DNA of 64,000 bases from Octopus vulgaris (Eukaryota): positions 113,398,001 to 113,462,000 of the forward strand of contig OX597816.1 of assembly GCA_951406725.2 (NCBI GenBank), in the 5' to 3' direction. Within the stretch, counting starts at the first letter, position 1; each line of letters opens with the position of its first letter. The translations under genes and the position numbers were made by a program. The notes beneath the pieces are model-generated. The model saw nothing but the letters and a program-made list of their open reading frames with translations, searched no databases and was not told the origin of the DNA. Shown piece after piece: positions 36,551 to 50,300 of this stretch.

Positions 36551-36986
36551 ATGCATATGATACTTGAGATATAATCAAAGAAACCCTTATTGTTGCAACT
36601 GATGAAGTGCCAGAATCAGACTTTGTGATGAGTTTTATCTATAGTTATTTTAAAGGTTTAAATTGCATGATGTTCATGTATAGGAAGGATCAGGTATAAA
36701 ACTATTTCCTTGAAATGTATAGTAATTATGTCTTGCTGTTGTTGAAGAAGTCTATGTTATTATGCTCCCATTGGAAGATATTTTCTTGATCACTTCCTCT
36801 GAATAGATGCCTAAGCTATATGTATAAGAATATAGTAATGTACCTGAAGATCTGTTCAAATTGGAGGAATAAGCACGATCCAATAGTTGTACAAAAATGA
36901 GAAAGTACCTTGACATCATGGGCATTAACTGCTTTCTTCAGAAATGATGACTACAGAAATATGGATATTTAATATTAATGGATGGT

Positions 36987-37197
36987 AAAGTGGTGAGCTA
37001 TCTGAATTGATAGCATGTTAGCTTAGTGGTTTTTTTGTCTGCCTTTATGTTCTGAGTTCAAATTTCACTGAAGTCAACTTTGCCTTTCATCCTTTTGGGG
37101 TCAATAAAATAAGTACCAGTTGAACATTGGGGTAGATGTAATTGACTTACCCCTCCCCTAAAATTGCTGGCTTTGTGCTAAGATTTGAAACCAATAT
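36987..37197 (+). mobile_element. Second SINE family copy with target-site duplication aatattaatggat
   Basis: Homology to 35198-35425; flanked by aatattaatggat at about 36971 and 37193. Confidence 0.8.
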
Positions 37198-37759
37198 TAA
37201 TGGATAGTGCATGGAAAATGAAATTGTGAGTTTAGATAGAAACTTAGACCAAAGAAGTTGGTAAACAGTAGTTATATCAGACCTTGCAATTGTAATGGTA
37301 GTAATAAGATGCTTGGAGCAATTTTGAATTATAGACCAAGAGAATCAAGCTAGCTTGGCAAACAGATATTAAAATGATGACATTGATTTATATCTGCTTT
37401 ATATTTCAGTAATATCTCAATTATTAAAGCTCGCTTCTCATTGTCAAAAAAGATTTAATTCAGTTGACTGTAGAAAAAGGAGATTCTCTAACATATTAAT
37501 CATTCTGACACAGAACTGACATAAAGATCTAGAAGGTCTCTGAGTACATAATGACATATACTTTAGTGCTGGTAACATATTTTTCTTTTCTTTTTACTGA
37601 GGAAGACTAAAAATGCAGTTTGTCCTGTTGCAGTCTCTTTTCTAACACATCTGGTTAAGGGAAAGTATATATTCAGTATAGTTTACTTCCCATCCTGTTA
37701 TTCTGGGAATTCTATTGCATTCAAAGTAGCTGTGTAACTGAATATTATGAGAATACCAT

Positions 37760-38960
37760 TGTCTGTAAGAGGTAAAAGAGAAAAGCATGTTTGTGCAAAA
37801 GATTATCCTAGATCCACCTAAATTCACAGATATTAAACTAAATTTTTCATGGAAATTATATATTTTACATATTTACTTGGAGTCTGTGAACTTTGCAAAC
37901 TCTCCTAGATTTGTGAAGTAGATACAGTTGATGTTGTTCAGTATGAACATCTGCAATACATGTTAATACATATAGGGAAGACATGAGTAGAAGTGGGTGT
38001 GTGAGAGGAAATGAGGAGGATACATCAAACAAGCTTGGATGGAGGTGGTATTCATCTATCTTGTTAAAAGGAGAAAAAAAAACCCATCATAATATCAGTA
38101 GAAGAGGTTGAATGAACCAGAATGTGCAGCCAGAGATGCCATTGCCATGCAAACCTTATGCTCCCACCTTTGGAAAAAAAAGCCCTACAAGAAGGATCTG
38201 ATTATAAGATGTTCATTTGACGGGGGTGTATTGTGGAGACAACTGACAAGTGAGCAACCAGTGTGTTGCAAACAGAGCCTGTGCATTCCTTTAAAACTCC
38301 TTGTGTGACCTATAACAAGAGAGTTACCTGTAACAAATGTAGATATGAGAAAGCAAAGGTTTATCAAAGTGAGTCATGTCCAGAAAAGGGCAAAAAATGT
38401 ATAGTTTGTGGGGAAACAGGACACTTTGTGAAGATTAAGGTTTGCAATGACAAATGGCCTATCCATGAGATAGCATTCATAAAAGATCATGCTTCAAATG
38501 ACAGCGACTCAGATTCCAGCAACTGCGACATAAACAATAATGTTGGTTGTGTACTTGTGAGATCTGTAGCTTCAGATATGATAAGGGACATTGGAATTCT
38601 GCAAATCTTTGTCAATGACAGGGAGATATTCAAATGAGTCAATTCTGGCTGTAGTAAAACTTTGATTAGCATTAATGAGTTCAAGAGAATGAATTGTGAC
38701 AGTGAGCTTTCTCCTGACCAATGCTAAATTCACACCTTATGGCATAAAGCAACTGCTCCCAATCAAAGGTCGTGCTAATATAACACTAGATTCTGTAGAT
38801 GGTGTAAAACATGGTTTACGGATTTACATCATTGATGATAAAATGGAATCCTTGCTTGGTTGTGAAGATGTTAAGGCACTTATTTTTTTGCTAATTTATC
38901 TAGATGGATTGGAAGCCTCTATAGTCAACTCTAACGCCTCCAGGCTACTGGGCTCCATAG
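37760..38960 (+). mobile_element. Ty3/Gypsy LTR retrotransposon gag-protease relic
   Basis: Zinc knuckle CPEKGKKCIVCGETGHFVKIKVC, protease-like VNSGCSKTLI, FTPYG...LPIKG and ESLLG; stops and frameshifts. Confidence 0.75.
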
Positions 38961-38970
38961 AAAAAGATAC

Positions 38971-39194
38971 TAGTGTTCAGATTACTCTGTCAAATTTAAT
39001 GATTATTTATTCAGATTGTTTTGAATTAATCTTGCATTGTCTGATACTTTAAAGATTTCAATGATGTTGTAGTATTTTTTTTTTTACAATGACATTGAAA
39101 GGTAAGTTTGAGAGGCTGGATTTGGCTGGTTTGAACATAAAACAGATAGAACATTTGGGCCAAATATGGTCAATTTAAATGCTAAAGAGTTAAT
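38971..39194. mobile_element. piggyBac-type MITE, partial, opposite orientation to 51989-52199
   Basis: ttcagattactctgtcaaa ... atgctaaagagttaa terminus. Confidence 0.65.
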
Positions 39195-41099
39195 CATAAG
39201 TGAGTTTTAAGTATTAATCCTTTGACTTCTATGTCATTTTTATACTTATGTTTTCTTTATGAATTTCTTGATTTGGAAAGTTATATAATGCCCTATGTCT
39301 TGTGGGCTCTCTGTTCTATCACAAGTTTATGCTTTGTATTTTGTTTTTCCCAGGCAGCATTTAAATATTTTTCTGACACTGGACACTGTTGGATTGAATA
39401 ACACTGCTTGGTATTGATACCATAATGATTTCCAATAGAGTAACTGATGAAGAAATTCTATTTAGATAAAATTACTGTTATGTATTTTATGTAGTTTGTA
39501 CATTGCCCATTTTGGTTTGTTCTTTTGTGTGGTTTTATTGTTTCTGTTGTCTCTGGATTTGGGTCAAAGTTTTAGTTTGCTGGCAGTGTCAGTTTTTTAG
39601 AAATTTATTAGGTATTAGCTTGTAAGATGTATGATGATGATGATGATGATTATGATGATCATCATCGTTTAACATCCATGTTCTATGCTGGCATAGATTG
39701 GATGGTTTGACAGAATCCGATAGGCCCAAGAACTTCATTGTGTTCCAGTTTCTATGATTGGATACCCTTTCTGATGCCAACTTAACAGCATGTACTGAGT
39801 GCCATTTTTATGCTATTAGCACTAGTAGGCTGTCATGCAGTTTGCAAGACTATGGACTCTGAGGAAGATACTTTATGCTTGAAGATGAGGAGTAAAAGTA
39901 TGAGAGAAGCGGGTAGAGCAGGATTGGTTTCTTGCTGACTACTCACATTTTGGAAAAGAGATTGATCAAGTGGAGACAGATATGAAGGTGGAGAATAGGA
40001 GACGACTAATAGTGCTCACCAGCAAAATAATAATGATGAAACGGTAGACAAGTGAAGGACAAGAGAGGGATGATGTCGGGTAGGTTGCAAGAGTTGGTGG
40101 GGAAGAGAGAGACAGGTATAGTGCATGAGGCAGTTGAAAGATATATGGTTGTTAGGAGGATAGATGTTGACTCATGGGGTGGTGGTGTTATCAATGAAAA
40201 TGTGGGTAGAAAGGACAGTATTAATGGATGAAGTGTGGATAACAAGTGAAATGGTTCTGGGTAATAAGGAAAAGTAAGTACACACACACACACACATTGT
40301 TTATAGATTCAATATAGTTACAATCAACAAAAAAAAATATTCCATCCAGTGAAAGATAAATATCAGTTTAATACACAACCGAAAGAGCAACTAATAGTTT
40401 CATGCTTTTATGATACTTTAACTAGGCATATCTATAAAATACACATGTATCTCCAAGCAATCTTTCAGGCTTTATTTATACATTATATATATTTTAAAAA
40501 CAAGGATGCTGGACAGTGAGAAAAACCACAAAGAAGCTGAACCAGAATTTAGTTTTGCTGAAATGGTTGTGTCTTTACAAGAACTGCATATCATCAGTCA
40601 TCCTAGTTCTTTGTCATCAACTCTGTGAGGTTCAAGGTCCTGAGATCAGTCTCATGTCCTTTTCTTTTCCCTCCTTTGCAACCTCCGTCCCCATAAAGTG
40701 ATCAGCACTTTTTATACACCTTTACTCAACCATACACATCACAAGACCATTCCAATGCAGTCTTCTTTCTTATACACTACAGCTGATTCATTCCTGCTGC
40801 ACTCAATTTTTCTCTCAGCACATTTGTACTGTCTTTCATGCTTACTTACATTGCACATAAATTGGAGTGTGCTTGCTTCATTTCTTTTCAGTCTTCTCAA
40901 ATCTTCTGCATTCAAGGTCTAGAAATGTACAATTAATATATAGTTATAAGTACACATACATATGTATTGATATATATTATATAATAAATTTTATATAATG
41001 TATATTATTTAATATAATATATATTACATAATATTCACATATAAACTCATAGGCACTAAACAAGCTGGAGAAAATGGCACTTGAATACCAAATGTGGTT

Positions 41100-41234
41100 A
41101 TAAGTTTGCTTCCCAGCCATGTGGTTCCAGGTTTAGTCCCACTATGTGGCACCTTTGGGCAAGTGTCTTCTACTATAACCTCAGGTCAACCAAAACTTTA
41201 TGAGTTGATTTGGTAGATAGAAACCGAAAGAAGC

Positions 41235-41279
<45 letters not shown>

Positions 41280-41300
41280 TAGAGGGAAACTGAAAGAAGC

Positions 41301-41344
<44 letters not shown>

Positions 41345-41365
41345 TAGAGGGAAACTGAAAGAAGC

Positions 41366-41407
<42 letters not shown>

Positions 41408-41542
41408 GCTTCTTTCAGTTTCTATCTACCAAATCAACTCATAAAGTTTTGGTTGACCTGAGGCTATAGTAGAAGACACTTGCCCAAAGGTGCCACATAG
41501 TGGGACTAAACCTGGAACCACATGGCTGGGAAGCAAACTTAT
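41100..41542. repeat. Fold-back palindrome of a SINE 5' half (142-bp arms, 2 mismatches)
   Basis: 41100-41241 is the reverse complement of 41401-41542; the spacer is (TA)n plus two extra ggtagagggaaactgaaagaagcccatca copies. Confidence 0.92.
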
Positions 41543-44500
41543 CCATATGTGTGTAAGTCTTTAATTTGCTCTACTAAAACCCTTTAAGGTGGTGCCCCAG
41601 CTTGGCTATAATCCAAAAACTAAAATAAGTAAAAGAATAAATTATTAATATTATAAATATATTTATATGAGTTTATATGTGGGTATAAGTATGTTTCAGT
41701 GTATCTGTGTATAAATGTATATGTGTGTATGCATATATATGTCTGTGGGCAAATATATATACATATGCACACACACACACACACTCACACAATTGGACAT
41801 AGGAGATAACATGTTTAGTGCAGATGGAGTTGAATAAGGTGAGGTTGTTGTAGGATTGAGTGGGTTTGTTGAAAATAGAGGTGACTATGGTGGAGCTTGA
41901 GTAGTGAGAAGTTGACAGAATTAATGAAGGAACTGAACTGTTTGAAAATGCAAGAGGTGGCATTACTACACTTGTACAGATACAGATCATATAGGTTTTG
42001 GTTGAATCTTGTAAACTAGGAGAAAATTTGGACTCCAACAAGGCCAGTGAATAGTATCATATTATTAGGACCCTTCCTAGTACCTATTGCCACTCCAGTC
42101 ATTAGTTGATAAAGCTTGTTAGCAAAGGGGAAATAGTTGAGGTACTAAGATATTTACATATGTACATGCATTCATACATGCATACATGCATGTATGCATG
42201 CATACATCCATCCATACATAGATACATACATATATATGTGTATGTGTGCATGTGAAAGTGTAAGTATGTGCATAACTTTTGCCAAAGAATGAAAATGTTG
42301 GCCATAACTATGAAATATCAATGCTTTTTGAAGGATGTCCTCTGTTGACATTTCTACTGCATCAGTTACACAGGTACTCTTTTCCCACACTACCATGAGA
42401 TATGGTGTGAACCAGTTATTAGTGTGCTGGACACATTGTAACCAATATAATATTGTTGTTCACAAAGTGAGTTGTATGATAAATATATAGTACATTCTCT
42501 CTGAAAGGTAGCACATATTAAGCTTGTTAGATATTGCTTACATAACCTCTAGAGTGAATGTACTAAAAAGGAAAAGTTATCTAAAATTATCAGAGATATA
42601 TTTAACAGGGGACCATAAAGTGTAGCTGCAGTTTGAGGTTGAATTTTTTTTGTAATATTCTGAATGTCTTTCATTTTCAATAATTTTCTTTTTCAAAGTG
42701 ATAACTGATTGGTCATTTGTGTTTGTGATAATCTCTACACTTAGATTTTATGTTTCTTGACTGAATATCAATTTTGCACATTGCTGTTAACTCGCTTTGT
42801 GGTTTAGTTCTTAGAACCAGTTCAGAGTTTGAAGTCTGGTACATTTGTAAACTAATCTGCAGCAGGTAGGCCATGGATTCCTATAGGTACATAGAAAGTA
42901 TTATCTTGTAACATAAGTGGAAAACTACCATAATTAGTGAAGTAATTGAAACAAATCATATAATATTTATAAAGAGCTGTACAGTTGGTGATGTTGAAAA
43001 TACTGGGGAAGCATGTTTTAAAAGTGACATAGTTATAATATTATTGATTATTTTGGATACTGAAAACAGTAAAATGTGAAAATGTTTTTGAATAAACATA
43101 AGATGGTTGAAGTGTTAACTTTTAACCAAAAGCTTCTTGAAATTGCTTAATTTAATTATATATTCTAAGACAATATATGAAAGCTACAAATTTCAAGAGA
43201 GCTTCCTAGAAATCATAATTATTTTACTCAACACACTAATAAATGAAAATCTAGTAAAATAAATATTGAAATTAACTTTAACTATTTGAAGAATCAAAAT
43301 TTTAGAACTTAATTTTTATAACTGATGGGTTATTTTACACTTTTATTATTTCTAACTAAACTGTCAAATGATTACATTGGCAATTTGCTCAACTTTACAT
43401 TTTGTATGGAAAGGATATTACTAAAACCACACATTTTAATAAATTATAGCAAGTACAAAGAACAAAGAGGTTATTGAGGGCAATAGTAAACTGTTGTGCA
43501 TTGAAAAAGCAAGTAGATACATATTTTTTTTGTCAAAATTTAAAATTTCTTTGCAAAGTCTTACTTGACTTTGGGTTACTATTTCAGCTTGGATCATATT
43601 TTGAGTGCATGTTGGTTGTCATTTAGCACAAGAGTAATAGAAATTGAACTACAAAGCATGCAGCACATCCAACTTATGCTTGGTGGGGGTACCATATGAA
43701 TGACTTTGAAATACTACTTGAGCTGTTCTTAAGTAACAAAACTCTACAAAGTAGATTCATTCAATACTGAATTTACTTGCTTGTTTTGGCAGTTTGGGTG
43801 GAATTGTATGTCAGCTTTGGGTAGCCCAACTTTGGATAGCTCAGGATTCCAGAAACAGTAATTTTATGTGAGAAACTATTGATGAATCATTCTAAATGCT
43901 AATTTGATTAATCATTTTGCTATTCCTCTAAAGAACACTTTTCTATTCTTTGAGAAAAGATACAAAGTAGAATTGCTCTAATCCAATTCCTCTCACCAGG
44001 CATCTTGTAATAACTGGAATCTGAAAAATCTATTGATTGTAGTATAATTTTGAAAGGTTGTGTGAACAAAATCTTTTACTTTTGAAATATTTGATAAAAT
44101 TTAAGATGTTCACAATATATTATACATAAAGCTGTAAGTTTAAAGGCAACAAAACATTCATTCACTGCAAACAAAATGTGATATCTTCCCTAGAAAATAT
44201 CAAATGTTAGTTTTATTAAATTTTAGAAATTTGTATTCTGTTTATGTATCAAAATATAGGTCATAGAGGATCATTGATTGGGCAAAAATAGGTTGTGGTA
44301 TTAAAAGTTTGGGAATTGTTGATTTATGTGATTGCACTTTAAGTCATTTTCAAGAAATTTCTTAGGTACTCTAGTGATTTTATAACTGCAATGATCATCC
44401 TGAAGAACTCTTTGTAATTTTTTTCTGTTTTGCTTCAAGTTTTGCAGAATTTCTCTGCTCAAGTAAAATCAAATTTCTCTTCTTTTCTGCCAAGCAGAAA

Positions 44501-46821
44501 TATATTGCAGCAGAGTGACAAATTTTGATTTATTGGTAGCTAGTCTTTCTACAATGGTGGCAATTTCAATGTTCTTCATTATAATTCTTGTTTCATTCTG
44601 AAAGCTATCAAGAAATTTTGATATGGTTCATGTTATTGCATGTACTCAACTTCAAGATTGTTTCTCTTTCCATGAAATTCTGCAAAACTGCACAAACATC
44701 TCTTTAAAACTTTCTAGATCAGAACTTCTGTGACCTTAAGTAACTTGATTTTGTATGAATTGGATCTGGTGGTGTATGGAAACAGCTGATAAGCTCCTAA
44801 GTACTGTGCATATTTTCTTTTTATCTTCAAATTTTCTTATTGATCCTTGTAAAGTTGCCTGTTGTTTTCTCTATTCTATGGTAATATTTTTGAAAGTGAA
44901 AATATCAAATTTTGTTTTGTTCCATGTTTCTCTTTGTCTTCATCATTAATTTTTTTCAATTTCTGATACAAAATGTAGATATTGCTTATTTTACTGAATA
45001 ATCATAATACTTAATGAGAAACCTAATCAAATAAAAATATATTCAAGTGGCTTTAGTAAGTAACGATCGTAAGTATTATTAGTAAGTGACCTCAAAATAT
45101 TTTGTCTTCCATATTATTTCAAAATATATAATTAAAAGAAGAAATTTGAAGAAAGTTTTTGCTTAAAAGTTAGAACTTCAAATATCTTCTTGTACATTTT
45201 AAAACATTTTACATATATTACTTTTCAACATTTATCGATTCTTCTCTCTCAGAAGTTATATTTACTGATTCTCCCAAATATTTTTATGTATTAGTGTTCT
45301 AAATTCTTGAAATAGTTGGTGTTAGTATATAGTGTTTTGCTAATTATGATGTGATTCAATCCAATCACATATAACTTTTCTTTCTACTACTTTTAATACT
45401 TGATATTTTAACTTGTCTTAGACCTTATATTTGATCATGTAAACTGAATGTCAAGTGATATTTTTTGTTCATTGATCAGAAGAAATATAATTGGACCATA
45501 ATTATGAAATATCCTGTTTTATTAGATTTCGAAATGTTTTAAATTTCTTATGGGCTGATGAAGATTAATAGTATGGAAAGTAGGTAACTGGATTAAGAAA
45601 AAAGAAAGAAGTTGGTTTCACATTTTTGTGTAGCATTTTGGTTATTAATTTTGTTTATTATTTTTAAATTGAATACATTTCATCTCAGAATTAAAAACAT
45701 TAGAAAACAGAAATAAATATGGTTCATATTGATGAATCAATTTCAAGCAGAAGAGACTTTTCTGTAAATACATTTAAATTTTAAAAACTGATTATGTATA
45801 TGATTTTTTTATCTGTAAAAATAATTTAATCTTTTAGAATTAATCAAAATCATTTTTAAAGATTTGTCATTAAAAGTTCAGACCTAACTTCAATAGATAC
45901 TATTTTCATTTTTTGGTTGGTTTTGAAGAATTTTATTCTGTACATTTAGATTTGCAAATGGTTATCTTTGATATTTGATAATATAACAAATTTAGTATGA
46001 AAAGTTTTTATCAATGATATTGACTATTCAATTTTTCTATGTTTGATTTATTGAATTAAATGAAATTAGTCAAAAGGTAAAAATATTTGATCCTAAATTG
46101 TGCATTAATAGTTATGAAATATGAATCTAGATATTGGATAATTGCATATAGTGCAAATTCAATAAACTTAATCCCCCAAAAGATTTTTAGATGACAAAAA
46201 CAATATTGATAATTTTATGATCATTTTTATACTTTTTTCTTTATAAACTATCAATTACTTTTTATAAGCTATCAAATATATATCGTATAGTCATTTGTGT
46301 GTTTCTCATCTCAATTTTATGTATGACTATCCATCAAGTGGATGCTGGTGTATGACTTCTTTTAATGTAGGGAGATAGGTACACAGAATGAGAATATATT
46401 CTTAAAATACAGAGATGTAAGTTTAACAGTAGGAGTTCTATAATGATCAGAAATTCTGTCATTTGTAAATGTAACTATAAGAATGCATATAAATCTCAGA
46501 ATGTAAAAATGTAAATAAATATATGTGAAAATCATAATGATAAAGTCTAACTCCACTTAATTTGGGTATCAAAAGAGAAGGATCTAGCTTTTATAGATTC
46601 CATCACACTGTTTAATTTAACAATTAATATTTTAGTGTACAAATTCTGCCTAGGTCAACTTTGTCTTTCATCCTTTTGGGGGGGATGGGTCAATGAATTA
46701 AGAACCAGTTGCCTACTGGAGTCGATCTAATCAACTGGCCCCCTCCCCCAAAATTTTTGGCCTTGTAGAAAAGAATATTTTAGTGTACAGAAAAGAGCAG
46801 AAAAGAATATTTTAGTGTACA

Positions 46822-47345
46822 ATTATCATCATCAAGATCCCTTAACTTATGTAGCCAGTCATTGGGGCACATTGCCATTGCCCTTTGTTTTCTGCCATAT
46901 ATAGCAGGGTTACAGTTTGAAACCTATCTATTCCTTGATGTTGACAGACCAGGATTTCCTGTCTGCCTCACCTTTGGCCTCCTTCAACTGTATCCTGATG
47001 GATGGTTTTGGACAAGGAGTTGTTGCAGTATATGTAACTATACCAGGCAAGCTTTCATCCTTTTACCTGCATGCACAGTGGTTCCTGTCTACCAGCATAT
47101 TTTTTGACTTGCTGTCTGTCAAAGCTGTTTGTTTTATGTTCTGTGTATAGGATGCATAACAACCTTCTGAAGCATTTTTGCTTCATGTCAGGATGTAAAA
47201 TTCTATCTCTCTCATACCCATACAGAAGGGTCAAAGTCACTAGGAACTTGTACACTTTGAGTCTCATTGGAAAAGTAATGGAGTTGCTTTTCCATATGGT
47301 TTTCAACTTTATCATGGCAGCCAATGCCAAACAGTCTTGTTGTTA
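46822..47345 (-). mobile_element. RTE-clade LINE 3' fragment (same family as 36235-36550)
   Basis: LKTIWKSNSITFPMRLKVYKFLVTLTLLYGYE...CFRRLLCILYTEHKTN...QEPLCMQVKG; (GAT)n tail. Confidence 0.85.
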
Positions 47346-50300
47346 TCTCTCTTTTTTTTTTAGATTTGTTGTCCTTGGTTAGAGTGGATCTTAGGTACTT
47401 GACGGTAACAATATAGAATTAAAATTCTGTAAGAATCCAATATACATTACTATTACATTATTTAAACCAGGCATTGTTTTATTTTCATTTGATTTAATTT
47501 TTTTAAGGTAATAAATTCTATCAAATTCAATTTCAATGCACTAACCTTGTTTCCAGTTGTGGGTGTTTTGGATGTTTAAAAGAATAATATCAAATTTAAA
47601 GTAATAGTAACACCACAGACTGTTTATTATGTTGATACATGTGAATCAGTTAGTATTATAGATGATATCATTTTGATATTGATATTTTTACTACTAGTAT
47701 TGTTTACTGTCACTGTACAATATATATAGCTTAACTAAAGTCCAGAACTGGAAAAAAAAATCCTTTTTCTTTATACTCAAATTGTGGTTCTTGCATAACT
47801 TAAATTTTCAAACATTTTATAAATTAGCTTACATAAATTTACTTCAGTGTTGAAATATTTTTGTTTAGCCTTAAATCAACCCCAAATGAGGCAACCTGTG
47901 ATTAAAAGTATTTCTGCTGTGGACATTTTGTTTTTTACAAGGCAGAATAAATCCAGTACCACATTATCCAAGTATCCTTCCATTTTAAGATGGTAGGGTG
48001 TGATTTGAGGAAAAGTGGACTGTTATTTCTAGTAGGTGAACCATTTGCATACATGCTTGTTTATTGGGTTAAAGAACATTCTATTTGTTTTAGTAATTTT
48101 CTGAAATTGCACACTGTGGCTAGTCAGGATTCATTAAGGTCACAAATAGAGAAAGCAGAAAGAGTAAAAAATGATAGCATATCTTACATATACACATTTA
48201 TACTTTTATATATGATTTCCATATATTAGGCTCAATTTATTGAATAATTTTATGGAGAATTTTGTGTTGCTTTAATAATTTATTTAAATAATATATGTTA
48301 TGCTCTTCATATTCTTTTCAAATATATATTTTCATTTAATCAACAATACTAGAAATTTTTCTGAGAAGTAGAATATATTTGCTTTTATTAAATAACCTAT
48401 CCATTTTTCCATTAAAATTGTGCTAACTATTGAAATAGGGAGATAATTATTTTTACTGAAAAATCAGAAAAGTAACAAAATAATGGATATATTATAACAT
48501 TTTGTATTCCTTCACATTCAAATAATAAACTAGTACTAAATTATCAAAAACAAAACAAAAATATGGTGTAAATCTTACAACATGCTAATGCAATTAGAAT
48601 TGAAAACAAGTCAGTTTGAACAGTTCCCAAATTTATATAGATATCTTTATTGAAAAAATGTTTTTAAAAACTTGCTGAAATATATCAATTTATATTTCCA
48701 TTGTTTGAAAATATGGATTTTTAAAATAAATTATTGCTATTTAGAAATTCATTTGAAATTTGATTTCACTCTAAAAGGAAACACTGTTTATAATAAATTT
48801 ATTGCAATAGCTTTTAACTATGAAAGATCAATTGTCCCAGAATGTTTTTAAATACATTACAAATATTGTTTTGAAGTTTTTTTAGGTAGTTTTTCATGCA
48901 ATTTTCATTGCTTGATTTCAAAATATCTCCTGATTTGATTAGTTTGACTTCTTGCCTGTTATTCAATTGTTAAAGCAGAAAAACTTAGCTAATTTTAAAT
49001 AAGCTATAATGATTAGTGGATAAAGGTGTATCATTTATTACACTATCATCTTATGTAACACATTTTGTACTCATATATATGTAAGTATGTGTTTTTGTGT
49101 GTACTACCTTAAACTGGTATTCATGTGTGTCTATTTAAGACACAATACAATATAGAAATGTCAGTTTAATATCCAAATGTATGATATATGGCCTCACCTT
49201 AAAAGCAATACATGCTACAGAATAATTGAAATCAGCATAAAAATTGCTTTGTGATTTGTCTCAGGTTTTATTTTTTGACCAGTGATTTCAGAATACAGAT
49301 GATTTCAGGATATGTTTGTTTAGTTTAGTGTCTCTCACACCTCCAATTTTACATTCGAAGTTCAATTGATGTATGCTTTCTAGTTTCAGGAAGTGTTCCA
49401 TATTTCCATATTCCCCTGTAAAGGGCTGTCTTAGCAGCATTATAGACCCCTGGGTTAAGTGCTGCACTGGACCCTATGGTATTTATTTATTGCCAGCATA
49501 CATAGATTAGAATTGGGACCCTAAACTTGTAAGGCCCCTGGCCAACTGCCCTGTGTGCTAATTTACTGGACTATGCAATAGAAGTTGATCTGTGATTTAG
49601 GAGTATTTCCTATATGCTCAGCATATAGGAAATTTCTGATATTTCTATTGATGTTGGCTAGCCACTGTTCTGCTATAGCCTAATCTCAGCCTGTTTGTAT
49701 ATGTATACTGCTTTCTAGTTATATGACAGAATCTGGGTGGTGGTGGTTCTCATCACTGCATGTCATTTCTTCAAGACTCCTCAATAATGAAGTTTTCATT
49801 GACTGGTTTATAGAAAGTATTCCTCTTTTAGCTGCTATTTTGTGCTGGCTATTGTGCCTCAGTGACTGAAGTTGGAGTCAAGATTCAATCAAGCTGAAAG
49901 AGTAGAAGGAAAGTGGTAAAACTAAGATTAACCCAAACTCAGTGATTAAACAAGGATGTTTGTTCTGCTTGCAGACCCACATTTCCAAAGAATCAACATC
50001 AGAGTGAAGCAGATGATGCTACCACATGGATTTCATGTACGTCTATGAAGGAAAGACTTAAACTAAGGGAAAAGGAAATAAACTTTAGATAATGGAAGAA
50101 AAAATTAATTCCTGATTATTAGTAGTTGTAGTAGCAACAATTGCAGGTCTCTTAAATTATTCAAGTTCAATTATATTAAGATTTAACAAAAAAATTATTT
50201 AGAATCTGATGAAAATAGTAAAAAATTCTCTCAGATTCCTATAGCATAGGTTATCTAGTGTACACTAGTATCTTATCTAATTTTATTTTATCCACTTAAT

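Noticed and set aside
36599-36630. CTGATGAAG hammerhead-like starts (also about 23129, 45555, 50206)
   Set aside because: No convincing stem II plus GAAA plus UH arrangement.
47541-47605. Strong branch point and acceptor (ctaac-cttgtttccag)
   Set aside because: All three frames stop within about 16 codons and nothing resembles a known protein.
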